Origin: Candidatus Eiseniibacteriota bacterium
GTDB taxonomy: Bacteria; Eisenbacteria; RBG-16-71-46
DNA: 64,000 nucleotides
Direction: 5' to 3'
NCBI GenBank assembly: GCA_031370785.1
Contig: JANMQY010000144.1
Span: 50,601-114,600, forward strand
How positions within the stretch are numbered: the first letter of the stretch is position 1; every line of letters starts with the position of its first letter. The notes beneath the pieces are model-generated. The model saw nothing but the letters and a program-made list of their open reading frames with translations. It was not told where the DNA came from and searched no databases. Position numbers and translations under genes: made by a program. Shown here piece by piece: positions 9,682-18,885 of the stretch.

Positions 9682-10668
9682 GTGCCTGAATCGCCTGCGC
9701 ATCTCATCGATCTGATCGGCCTCGAACGGGACTGGACGCTCGATCTGTTCGACCACGCCGATCGGCTGCGCGCCGTGCGCGGCCAGAGCAACGCGCCGCG
9801 CCCGCTCGCCGGCAGGACCGCCGCGCTGGTGTTCCACAAGCCCTCGCTGCGCACGCGCGTCTCGTTCACGGTGGGCATGCACGAGCTGGGAGGCGACGCG
9901 GTGGATCTGACCTCGGCCGAAGTCAGCGAGCACGGACGCGAGAGCGTGCCCGACGTGGCGCACGTGCTGAGCGGGATGTGCGATCTCATCGTGGTGCGCA
10001 CCTTCGCGCATTCGCTGGTGCGCCGGCTCGCCGCGCATTCGGGAGTGCCGGTGATCAACGCGCTCACCGACTTCTCGCACCCGTGTCAGATCCTCGCCGA
10101 TCTCTACACGCTCAAGCGCCAGGGCCGCGACCTCGATCGAATGACGGTGGCGTGGGTGGGCGACGGCAACAATGTCCTCAATTCGTGGCTCGAGGCCGCG
10201 ACCATCTTCAACTTCACGCTGCAGATCGCGGTGCCGGACGGATTCGAACCGGACGCCGGGCTCTACCTCGAGGCCGAGCGCTCGGCCAGGGGCGGCGTCA
10301 AGCGCTCGCGTGACCCGCGCGAAGCGGTGCGCGGCGCCGACGTGATCTACACCGATACCTGGACCAGCATGGGTCAGGAACAGGATGCCGACTGGCGCCG
10401 GGTCGTGTTCGCGGGCTACCAGGTGAACGAGACGCTGCTGTCGCTGGCCAACGGCGACGCATCGTTCATGCATTGCCTTCCCGCGCACCGAGGCGAAGAG
10501 GTAACCGACGAGGTGATCGACGGCCCGCAGAGCGTGGTGGTGGAGCAGGCCGAGAACCGGCTCCACCTGCAAAAGGCGCTGATGGCGAACCTGGTCGGTC
10601 CGAAGAAGCCGGCGCGCAAGGCGCGTGCGGCGCGCGCGGTGGTTGCTTCGGAGGCAACTGCGGTCTGA
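9682..10668 (+). CDS. argF: Ornithine carbamoyltransferase
   Basis: SLRTRVSF, HPCQILAD, DTWTSMG and HCLP motifs. SD AGGAGG precedes the GTG at 9682. Confidence 0.95.
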   Translation: MPESPAHLIDLIGLERDWTLDLFDHADRLRAVRGQSNAPRPLAGRTAALVFHKPSLRTRVSFTVGMHELGGDAVDLTSAEVSEHGRESVPDVAHVLSGMCDLIVVRTFAHSLVRRLAAHSGVPVINALTDFSHPCQILADLYTLKRQGRDLDRMTVAWVGDGNNVLNSWLEAATIFNFTLQIAVPDGFEPDAGLYLEAERSARGGVKRSRDPREAVRGADVIYTDTWTSMGQEQDADWRRVVFAGYQVNETLLSLANGDASFMHCLPAHRGEEVTDEVIDGPQSVVVEQAENRLHLQKALMANLVGPKKPARKARAARAVVASEATAV

Positions 10669-10682
10669 GCTAGAATCGACCC

Positions 10683-11339
10683 ATGCCCGAGAAGACCCAC
10701 GACTACCGCGGCGACCGCATCGTCGTGCGCTACGCGCTCAAGCGCTGCATCCATGCCGCCGAGTGTGTGCGTGGGCTCCCTGCGGTGTTCGATCCGCGGC
10801 GCAGGCCGTGGATCGACGCGAAGCTCGCCGGGGCCGACGCGATTGCCAAGGTGATCACGCGCTGTCCGACCGGCGCGCTCCACTACGAGCGCACCGACGG
10901 CGGCGCGGCCGAGATTCCCGACGAGACCAACTCCGTGCTCCCGACGCCACGCGGCCCCTACTACCTGCGCGGCGATCTCGAGATCCTGGACGCCGCGGGC
11001 ACTGTGGTGCTGCGCGACACCCGGGTCGCGCTGTGCCGTTGCGGGCAATCTCGCAACTAGCCCTTCTGCGACAACAGCCACTGGAACGCGAAGTTCGCCG
11101 ACGAAGGCCGCGTGACCGAGAGTCGCCTCGACGCCGGCGAGAACACCGAGGGCGCCGCAGGCCGCGGCCCGCTTCGGATCACCGTGCAGGAGAACGGACC
11201 GCTGCGCCTCTCGGGTCCGATCGAGCTGTGGAGCTCGGACGCGAACTCGACGTACCGCGGGACGAGCGGCGCGCTTTGCCGGTGCGGGCGTTCGGCGCGC
11301 AAGCCCTACTGCGACGGGAGTCACAAGACCGCGGTGTGA
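10683..11339 (+). pseudogene. Divergent 4Fe-4S (Fer4_19-like) plus two CDGSH iron-sulfur domain protein, interrupted by an in-frame TAG (11058-11060); pseudogene, base error or readthrough
   Basis: CIHAAEC...CPTGAL, then CRCGQSRN*PFCDNSH and CRCGRSARKPYCDGSH in one continuous frame. Confidence 0.8.
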
Positions 11340-11418
11340 ACGTCCCTTGGGATCCCGAGAGGCCTCCCGGCGCCACCTCGCGTTGGCAAACGCCTTCATT
11401 CCGCGGTAAACATCCCGG

Positions 11419-12771
11419 ATGTTCCGGAATTTCGTCCCAACCGCGGGTGACGTGCGCTCGCTGCTTCGCCTCGCGGTGCCGATCGTCACCGCGCAGGTCG
11501 GCATCATGCTCATGGGCGTCGTGGACACCATCGTGGTGGGCCACGTCTCGGCGCGTGAGCTGGCTGCCGCTTCGCTCGGTCATCTCTACTTCTTCGGCCT
11601 CGCGGTGTTCGGGATGGGGACCTTGTGGGCGATCGATCCGATCGTCTCGCAGGCGATGGGCGCGCGCGATCACGAGGCGGCCGCGCTCGGCATCCAGCGC
11701 GGGCTGGTGCTGGCGGTGCTGATCGGCACCCTGACCACGGTGCTGACCCTGCCCGCCGAATTCGTTTTCCGCGCGCTCGGCCAGCCGGCGGAAGTCGTGC
11801 CGCGCGCAGCGGGCTTCGTGTGGATGTGCGCGCCGGGCATGCCCGCGCTGATGGTGTGGATCGTGTTGCGCCAGAGCCTTCAGGCGATGAAGCACACCGG
11901 CGTGATCGTGGCGACGATCTTCGTCGGCAATCTCATCAACATCGCGCTCAACTGGGTGTTCGTGTTCGGGAATCTCGGCTCTCCCGCGATGGGTGCGGTC
12001 GGCTCCGCGCTCGGCAGCACGATCGGACGATGGGTCATGCTGTTCCTCCTCCTGTTTCTTTCGCGCCGCGAACTCGAGCCCATGCTCCGGCCGTGGCGCC
12101 GCGCGGCGATCACGGGCTCGGCGCTGGCGCGTACGCTGCGCGTGGGACTCCCGATCGGCATCCAGTCGACGGTCGAGTTCACGACGTTTGCCGTGATCTC
12201 GGTGTTCGCCGGATGGTTCGGCGCGGACGCGATCGGCGGACATCAGGTCGCGATCAACCTCGCCTCTCTCACCTTCATGGTGCCGATGGGCGTCGGGAGC
12301 GCGGCGGCAGTGCTGGTCGGCCACGCGATCGGGGAAGGCGACATGGCGCTCGCGCGCCGCGTGGCGGCGAGCGCATTGATATGCGGGGCCGCCTTCATGG
12401 CCGCCTGCGCGCTGGTCCTGCTCACTCTCCCGGGCGCCTTTGCACAGGTCTACACCTCGGTTCCAGGTGTCGTCGCGGTGGCGGCCGCGCTCATTCCGAT
12501 TGCGGGCGTATTCCAGGTGTTCGATGGGATCCAGGTGGTTGCCGCGGGTGTGCTGCGTGGCGCGGGCGACACGCGCGCCGCGATGATCTCGAACATGCTC
12601 GGTTTCTGGCTGGTCGGAACCCCGGTCAGCCTGTGGCTCGGATTCGGACTGCAACGCGGCGTCGTCGGGCTGTGGTGGGGCTTCGTCGCCGGGCTGGCCG
12701 CGGTCGCGCTGTTTCTCGTGCTGCGCGTCCGCGTACGTCTCGCCGGGACGATCGAACGGGTCAGGGTGTGA
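11419..12771 (+). CDS. MATE family efflux transporter (NorM-like)
   Basis: About 12 hydrophobic segments with MGVVDTIVVG and FDGIQVVAAGVLRGAGDTR motifs. Confidence 0.92.
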   Translation: MFRNFVPTAGDVRSLLRLAVPIVTAQVGIMLMGVVDTIVVGHVSARELAAASLGHLYFFGLAVFGMGTLWAIDPIVSQAMGARDHEAAALGIQRGLVLAVLIGTLTTVLTLPAEFVFRALGQPAEVVPRAAGFVWMCAPGMPALMVWIVLRQSLQAMKHTGVIVATIFVGNLINIALNWVFVFGNLGSPAMGAVGSALGSTIGRWVMLFLLLFLSRRELEPMLRPWRRAAITGSALARTLRVGLPIGIQSTVEFTTFAVISVFAGWFGADAIGGHQVAINLASLTFMVPMGVGSAAAVLVGHAIGEGDMALARRVAASALICGAAFMAACALVLLTLPGAFAQVYTSVPGVVAVAAALIPIAGVFQVFDGIQVVAAGVLRGAGDTRAAMISNMLGFWLVGTPVSLWLGFGLQRGVVGLWWGFVAGLAAVALFLVLRVRVRLAGTIERVRV

Positions 12772-13256
12772 CCCGAGAGGCAACCGAAGCCGACGCGCCC
12801 GCTCTCGTCGCGCTGCGCAACGCGGTAGCCGCTCGCCTGACGCTTGACCATGGCAGCGGTCACTGGTCCCACGCCGTCACCGAGAGGAGCGTGCTCCGTG
12901 GTCTCGAGACCTCGCGCGTGCTGCTCGCGCTGAACTCGGATGCAATCGTCGGCACGCTGCGGCTCGCGACCAGGAAGCCGTGGGCGATCGATCCGAGCTA
13001 CTTCACGAGCGTGAAGCGGGCGCTCTACCTTCTCGACATGGCGGTCTCACCCGAGATGCAGGGCGTGGGTCTCGGACGGCAGCTTCTCGAGGAGGCCGAG
13101 GCGGTCGCCCGCGCGTGGCCGGCGGACTCGATTCGTCTCGATGCTTACGATGCCGCAGCAGGCGCCGGGGCGTTCTATTCGAAGTGCGGCTTCCGAGAGG
13201 TGGGCCGGATCGTGTTTCGAGGCGTCCCGCTCATCTACTACGAGCGGCTGCTCTGA
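12768..13256 (+). CDS. GNAT family N-acetyltransferase
   Basis: MAVSPEMQGVGLGRQL motif A and FYSKCGF. GTGA overlap with the MATE gene. Confidence 0.85.
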   Translation: MTREATEADAPALVALRNAVAARLTLDHGSGHWSHAVTERSVLRGLETSRVLLALNSDAIVGTLRLATRKPWAIDPSYFTSVKRALYLLDMAVSPEMQGVGLGRQLLEEAEAVARAWPADSIRLDAYDAAAGAGAFYSKCGFREVGRIVFRGVPLIYYERLL

Positions 13257-13363
13257 CCCCTGGCAGGCTCCTCCGCCGCTCGGTAGTGTTCGAAGCTCAC
13301 GACCGCCGCGGCGACTGCGCCGCACGCAGTGTCGACTCCGTCGCGTCCCACACGAGGACGCCA

Positions 13364-14152
13364 ATGGCCAGGATCATCACCGAACGTGTGACTGCCCGGA
13401 TCGATGGCGATATCGTGGTGTTCCTGATCGGGCTCCGGTTCAACAAGCTCTGGAAGGTCCACAAGTGGTTTCCGGTCCTGAGCGCGATGCCGCGCATGCT
13501 GCGCGAGCTATATTCCGATCCGAGCCTGGGGTTTCTCGGAGCGAATGCCGACTGCGGGGAGTTCGACCTGAAGCTGACCCTCTTTCGATCGCCGGCAGCG
13601 CTGCGCAAGTGGCTCGCGCAGCATCATGCGACCGCCGGAGAACTCTGGGTCGGCTTCTACAGGAAGGACTCCGGCAAGCCGAGCCTCACCTGGCCGGAGT
13701 CCGTGGACGAAGCCCTGTGCTTTGGCTGGATCGATGGGATTCGCAAGCGTGTGGATGACCTGAGTTATGCGATCCGCTTCAGCCGTCGCAAGCCGCGGAG
13801 CATCTGGAGTGCTGTAAACATCCGGCGTGCCCGCGCGCTGATCAAAGCGGGGCGGATGAAGCCGGCCGGGCTCGAGGCATTCGGTGCCCGCAAAGAGAAC
13901 CGGTCCGGGACCTATTCGTACGAGCAGAGGAGCGCGGAGTTCGGCGAACCCTACGCTCGGCTCTTCGGAAAGAACCGCACGGCCTGGAAGTACTTCCGGG
14001 CCCGGCCCCCGTCCTACCGAAAGGCAGCCATCTGGTGGGTGGTGAGCGCCAAGAAGGAAGAAACGCGGCTCAAGCGGCTGGACCGACTCATCCAGGATTC
14101 AGCCCGCGGGCGCCCGATCCCGCCGCTGACGCGCACGAAACCCTCGCCTTGA
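13364..14152 (+). CDS. YdeI/OmpD-associated family protein, in frame with a truncated DUF4188-like N-terminal fragment; alternative CTG start at 13568
   Basis: VVFLIGLRFNK..AMPRMLREL...LGFLG resembles the DUF4188 N-terminus. It is followed by RKWL..HH...VDEALCFGWIDG...SAKKEETRLKRL, typical of YdeI/OmdA. Confidence 0.75.
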   Translation: MARIITERVTARIDGDIVVFLIGLRFNKLWKVHKWFPVLSAMPRMLRELYSDPSLGFLGANADCGEFDLKLTLFRSPAALRKWLAQHHATAGELWVGFYRKDSGKPSLTWPESVDEALCFGWIDGIRKRVDDLSYAIRFSRRKPRSIWSAVNIRRARALIKAGRMKPAGLEAFGARKENRSGTYSYEQRSAEFGEPYARLFGKNRTAWKYFRARPPSYRKAAIWWVVSAKKEETRLKRLDRLIQDSARGRPIPPLTRTKPSP

Positions 14153-14290
14153 GCCCGGGATCATCTTTGCCACGCCTCGCGGTAACATCCGCCGGCCCGG
14201 AAGCGTAGGAGTCCTCACGCTTTCCTGCCCGGGCCGAGCGTGTCCCTCTGGTCGGGGCGCGCCGCGCCGAGCCCCTTGCCGGAGGTCGCC

Positions 14291-14944
14291 ATGAAGTCGC
14301 TGCCGCTCTGCCATGCCGTCACATTCGCGTTCGCGTTCGCGCTCGCGCTCGCCGCTCAGGCGGGCGCCGCCGACATTCGTGACGTCAGCCAGGTCTACTC
14401 GCTCACCCACGCCAGGTCGGTGCGCATCGAGCTGCCCGCCGGCGACATTCGGGTGGAGACCATCCCTCAGCACAAGCTGCGCGTCGATCTCACGCTCAAG
14501 TGCCGGAGCTGGTCGGACAACTGTCGCGAGCGCGCACGCAACGTCGAAATCGTGGGCGGCTACGAAGGTGACGTGTTCGTGCTCAAGCTGGCGAACGTTC
14601 CGAAGACCAACTTCAATGGCCTCTCCTTGCATGGCACCGTGCAGGTCCCGCGCGATCTCGCGCCCGACTTCGCGCTGGGTGCGGGTGATCTCGACCTGTG
14701 GGGCATCGGCTCGGACACCGACGTTTCGCTCGGCGCCGGGGATCTCACCGTGCACCTGCGCGAGGACGACACGCGTTCGGTGGACATGCAGGTGGGTCTC
14801 GGCGACGCGTCGCTCCATCGCCATGGCGAGCGCATCGGGGGCCGCGGATTCCTGAGCAAGTCGCTGTCGTGGAGCGGATCGGGCCGGGCGGTCGTGAATC
14901 TGCACCTGGGTGTCGGAGACGTGAGCGCGCGCCTCGACGAATAG
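14291..14944 (+). CDS. Secreted protein with DUF4097/adhesin-like beta repeats
   Basis: SD GGAGG and a signal peptide, with repeated LGAGDL/VGLGDA/LGVGDV motifs. Confidence 0.6.
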   Translation: MKSLPLCHAVTFAFAFALALAAQAGAADIRDVSQVYSLTHARSVRIELPAGDIRVETIPQHKLRVDLTLKCRSWSDNCRERARNVEIVGGYEGDVFVLKLANVPKTNFNGLSLHGTVQVPRDLAPDFALGAGDLDLWGIGSDTDVSLGAGDLTVHLREDDTRSVDMQVGLGDASLHRHGERIGGRGFLSKSLSWSGSGRAVVNLHLGVGDVSARLDE

Positions 14945-15032
14945 CGGACGCGCTCGCGAGGCGCTCAGCGGGTCGGTGGAGGTGTTGGTCCCGATGCTCG
15001 CGACCGGCGCGCTGTGGTATCTTTTCTGCCCC

Positions 15033-16988
15033 ATGTCGCTTTCCGTCCTCGTCGCGATCCTGCTGGGGGCAGCACCGAACGCCGCGCGCTCCGCGCCGGT
15101 CGACAGCGTGCGCGTCGTGCGTCCCGCTTCGCGTGGCTCCGTCCCGCCGGGCGTGACCGACGCCGGCCGTAGCGAACGGGTGCCCGAGACGGCGGCGGGC
15201 GTTGCCGTTCCGCCCACCTCGCCGCGCGCCACTGCAGCGGTCGACACCGCGGTGCCCTACTACTGGCAGACCCGAGCCGAGCGCACCGAGTACCGGCTCA
15301 CCGCCGACTACGCCGAGACCATGCGCTACCTGAGTCAGCTCGAGGGCGGATCGCGCTGGATCAGCGTGCAGAGCTACGGGTCGAGCGGCCAGGGCCGCAG
15401 CCTTCCGGTGGTGGTGGTGTCGAAGGACCGCGCGTTCAGGCCCGAGGCGGCGCGCGCGACCGGCAAGCCGATCATCCTCATCCAGAACGGCATCCACTCC
15501 GGCGAGATCGAAGGCAAGGATGCGAGCCTCGCATTGATCCGTGATGTCGCTGTGCTGCGCACCCGCGAAGCGCTGCTCGATCACGCGATCCTGCTGATCC
15601 TCCCGATCTTCTCGGTGGACGCTCACGAGCGCAGCGGGCCCTACAACCGCATCAACCAGAACGGCCCCGAGAACATGGGATGGCGCTCCACGCCGATCGG
15701 CCTCAACCTCAATCGCGACTACCTCAAGGTCGAGACGCCCGAGATGCGCGCGCTGATCTCGAACGTGTTCACCAGGTGGTGGCCGCACCTGCTGGTGGAC
15801 AATCACACCTCCGACGGCGCCGACTACCGCCACGACATCACGTTTTCCGCCAACCACGGCCCCGGCGTCCCCCAGGGCGTGGACCGCTGGGTGAGCGAGG
15901 CTTTCGAAGGCCGCGTGCTGCCGCGGGTCGCGGCGATGGGGCATCTGCCGGGGCCCTATCTCAACTTCCGCGACAACCTGCATCCGGGCTCGGGCGTCGA
16001 CGACGGGAATTCCTCACCGCGCTTCTCGACCGGGTACGCGCCCATCCAGTGCCGACCGGGGATCCTGGTCGAGACGCACATGCTCAAGCCCTATCGCACG
16101 CGGGTGAGGGCGACCTACGATTTTCTGGTCGCACTGCTCGAAGACATCAACGCGCACCCGGACGCGCTGACCGGCGCGGTTGCGGCGAGCGAAGCCGAGG
16201 TGATCGCGCACGGCAGGGTCACGACCGGCGCTTCGGGCAGCGTCGTGCTCGCCAGCAAGGTCACGGATCGGACCGTGCCCTTCGAGTTCAAGGGCGTGGT
16301 CACGCGTGAGGAGATGAGCGATATCATCGGCGCGCCGGTGAGGCGCTTCAGCACGGCGAACTGGGACACGATCATCCCGGTCTATCGCGACGTGGCGGCG
16401 ACCCTCACCGTGACCCAGCCGGCGGGGTACCTCGTGCCTCAGGAATGGGTCGCGTGCCGCGATCGGATGGATATCCACGGCGTGCGCTACCGACGCTTCG
16501 CCAGAGCCTGGACCGACACGGTCGAAGTGCAGCACGTGCTGGACTGGAGCGCGGCGAGCGCATCGTTCGAGGGCCACCACGGGATCTCGGTCAGGAAGGT
16601 GGCGCTCGAGCGCCGGGCCCGGAGTTATCGGCCCGGCGACCTGTGGGTGCCGCTCGACCAGAAATCGGCGCTGGTCGCGATCCACCTGTTCGAAGCGCAG
16701 GCCCCGGATGGGCTCATGGCCTGGAACGCCTTCGACACGGTGTTCGAGAAGAAGGAATACGGCGAGGACTACGTGGTGGAGCCGCTCGCCCGCAAGATGC
16801 TGGCCGAGGATCCGGCGCTCGCGCGGGAGTTCCGGGCCCGGGTGGCCGCCGACACGGCTTTCGCGCACAGTCCGGCGGCCCGGGTCGACTTCTTCTACCG
16901 CCGCTCGAAGTGGGCCGACCCCCTTCAGGATCTCCACCCGGTCGCCCGCGCCCTCCACGTCCCGCCGGAATCGGTGCTGGCTCCCTGA
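15033..16988 (+). CDS. Secreted M14 family zinc carboxypeptidase
   Basis: Signal peptide, NGIHSGEIEG zinc motif, NLNRD and DNHTSDG. Confidence 0.88.
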   Translation: MSLSVLVAILLGAAPNAARSAPVDSVRVVRPASRGSVPPGVTDAGRSERVPETAAGVAVPPTSPRATAAVDTAVPYYWQTRAERTEYRLTADYAETMRYLSQLEGGSRWISVQSYGSSGQGRSLPVVVVSKDRAFRPEAARATGKPIILIQNGIHSGEIEGKDASLALIRDVAVLRTREALLDHAILLILPIFSVDAHERSGPYNRINQNGPENMGWRSTPIGLNLNRDYLKVETPEMRALISNVFTRWWPHLLVDNHTSDGADYRHDITFSANHGPGVPQGVDRWVSEAFEGRVLPRVAAMGHLPGPYLNFRDNLHPGSGVDDGNSSPRFSTGYAPIQCRPGILVETHMLKPYRTRVRATYDFLVALLEDINAHPDALTGAVAASEAEVIAHGRVTTGASGSVVLASKVTDRTVPFEFKGVVTREEMSDIIGAPVRRFSTANWDTIIPVYRDVAATLTVTQPAGYLVPQEWVACRDRMDIHGVRYRRFARAWTDTVEVQHVLDWSAASASFEGHHGISVRKVALERRARSYRPGDLWVPLDQKSALVAIHLFEAQAPDGLMAWNAFDTVFEKKEYGEDYVVEPLARKMLAEDPALAREFRARVAADTAFAHSPAARVDFFYRRSKWADPLQDLHPVARALHVPPESVLAP

Positions 16989-17072
16989 ACAGGCGTTTTC
17001 TCTGGCCGAACTCCGGCCTCCTCTCTCCGCCGTCACGCCCGCGTCAAGAATGCCATGGCCCCCAACCGCTCC

Positions 17073-17101
17073 TTGTCCTTCTCAGGGTCGGGGCCTAGGC
17101 T
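17073..17101 (+). promoter_or_regulatory. sigma70-type promoter, probably leaderless
   Basis: TTGTCC-17 nt-TAGGCT, ending 6 nt before the ATG at 17108. Confidence 0.55.
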
Positions 17102-17107
17102 CTCTTC

Positions 17108-17494
17108 ATGTTGAAGCGCACGTTGCCCCTTGCCATCGTGCTGCTCGCGCCGCTTGCTCCACTCCCGGCGCTGGCCCGGCCGTGCTGCGACGAACGCGGC
17201 GCCCACGGAACACTCGAGCTCTGCGATGCGCATGGCACCAGCTCTCCGACCGCGACCGCGACGGTGGCCGCCAGGTCGAAAGCTCGATCGACCGCGCGGA
17301 CTCCCACGCGCCCTGCGTTGCGGGCCACGCCAAGGCGCGCACCCGTGATGCCCGCGGCGCCGGTGAGTGAGATCGCGCCGTCGCGGGCGATCGCGATGCC
17401 CGCGACGCCAGCTCGGGTGAAGACGCCGGTGCATCACGATTCCGCTCCCCGGATCGGACCGCTGATTCTTTCGCATCAGGGCCTCCAGATCTGA
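17108..17494 (+). CDS. Small secreted Cys/His-containing protein (DUF2946-like leader of metal-transport genes)
   Basis: Signal peptide, PCCD...CDAH, Pro/Ala-rich middle, and the ending APRIGPLILSHQGLQI. Confidence 0.45.
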   Translation: MLKRTLPLAIVLLAPLAPLPALARPCCDERGAHGTLELCDAHGTSSPTATATVAARSKARSTARTPTRPALRATPRRAPVMPAAPVSEIAPSRAIAMPATPARVKTPVHHDSAPRIGPLILSHQGLQI

Positions 17495-17495
17495 T

Positions 17496-17681
17496 CCGAC
17501 GCCGGCGTCCGAGGAGGAAGGCAACCTGGGGCGCACCGATGTGATGTTCGGGCTTTGGGGTATCGCGGGCGGTGCCCGCGGTCGGCGCATTCAGCGCGAG
17601 CGTGCAGATCCCGCTGCTCACCCGCTCCACCGGCAGCAGGTGAAGTACCCGGTGATTGTCGCGCTCGGCGGGTCGCGCTGA
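17496..17681 (+). pseudogene. 3' remnant of a probable outer-membrane protein gene with two compensating frameshifts
   Basis: Joining frames gives EEEGNLGRTDVMFGL/GVSRAVPAVGAFSASVQIPLLTRSTG/QVKYPVIVALGGSR* with mostly G/C-ending codons. Confidence 0.4.
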
Positions 17682-17697
17682 GCGAGCCGCAACCCGC

Positions 17698-18777
17698 TCA
17701 GTTCCAGCCTTCGCGCACCGCGCGCTCGTAGGCGGCCCAGTAGGGATCCGGCTCCGGCTCTCGCAACTGGACCACGCGGCCATCCGGTTCGGTCAACCAC
17801 AGCACGCCGGTCCCGCGCATGACCTCGCCCACGACGTCCGCGATGATGCCCTCTTCGCCGAGCGCGGCGAGCGCCGCCGTCACCCTTTCGGCGCGCACGG
17901 TTGCGATCAGCGCGCCCTCGGAAAGCGTCCAGCCCGGGTCGATCCCGAACACTTCGCACGCGCCTTTGGCCTCCGGAAGGAGCGGAATCCGGCTGCGCTC
18001 GACACGCAGGTCCTGGCCACACGCGCGCGCCAGCTCGACCAGCCCGCCCAGCACTCCGCCCTCGGTCGCATCGTGCAGCGCGCTCACCCCGCGGTCGCGA
18101 ACCCCGATCCGCACCAGCGCGCGGCAGTCGGTGACCACGCTCACCTGGTCGAGGAGCTTGCGCGCGCGCGCCACTCCCTCTTCGTCGAGCACGGTCGCGA
18201 GGCGCCTGGGAAACATCCGCGCCGCGATCGCGGTCGCTTCGATCGCGCAGCCCTTGGTCACGATCACGCGATCGCCGGGCCGCGCCATCGCGGGCGTGAG
18301 GTAGCGCCCCTCGTCCCCGACGCCGATCATGGTCGCCGCGCCGATCAGCGTGGAATCAATGCCGGCATAGCGGCCGGTGTGGCCGGTCACGATCGCGACC
18401 CCGAGCGCTTCGAAGGTCTCGGCGAGCGCGCACTGGTAGGCCGCGAACGTGGCGGCGGAAAGCGTGGGCGGCAGGTTGAAGCACACCGACGCGTAGGCCG
18501 GTGGAATCCCGCTCGTCCACACGTCCGAGGCCACGTGGTGGGCCGAGAGCATGGCCGAGGCTTCGATCCCCAGCGCCGGCACCAAGGAAAGCGGATCGGT
18601 GGTGACCGCCATCACCCGTCCCGCGCCCAGGCGGACGATCGCGGCGTCCGTGCCGGTGCGCGGGCCCACCAGCACCTCGGGCCGCGGCGCCCCCAGGTGC
18701 GGCGCGATCAGGCGCTCGAAATCGGCAGGCGGCAGCTTGCCGAGCGGCGGCGTTTCCAGGTGGCGTCCTCCCTGCAT
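17698..18777 (-). CDS. AIR synthase-related (PurM/HypE/ThiL superfamily) protein; likely true start is CTG at 18759
   Basis: GKLPP, DAAIV, TTDP, IVTGHT, PGDRVIVTK and LHDATEGGVLG motifs. Confidence 0.85.
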   Translation of the reverse strand: MQGGRHLETPPLGKLPPADFERLIAPHLGAPRPEVLVGPRTGTDAAIVRLGAGRVMAVTTDPLSLVPALGIEASAMLSAHHVASDVWTSGIPPAYASVCFNLPPTLSAATFAAYQCALAETFEALGVAIVTGHTGRYAGIDSTLIGAATMIGVGDEGRYLTPAMARPGDRVIVTKGCAIEATAIAARMFPRRLATVLDEEGVARARKLLDQVSVVTDCRALVRIGVRDRGVSALHDATEGGVLGGLVELARACGQDLRVERSRIPLLPEAKGACEVFGIDPGWTLSEGALIATVRAERVTAALAALGEEGIIADVVGEVMRGTGVLWLTEPDGRVVQLREPEPDPYWAAYERAVREGWN

Positions 18778-18831
18778 GGCTGGGTGCGCTGCGAAGGCCG
18801 CAGTCTAGTCAATCGCGTCACGGCGCGCATG

Positions 18832-18867
18832 AAAAACGGGAGCGCCCTTAAGAAGGACGCTCCCGTT
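18832..18867 (-). terminator. Intrinsic terminator of the amidohydrolase pair
   Basis: Stem AACGGGAGCG/CGCTCCCGTT with a T-run on the minus strand, downstream of the stop at 18886. Confidence 0.75.
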
Positions 18868-18885
18868 CGCAGACGAGGCCTGGGC

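Noticed and set aside
11058..11060. Genome-wide UAG reassignment
   Set aside because: Several genes in the window end at TAG at their expected C-termini.
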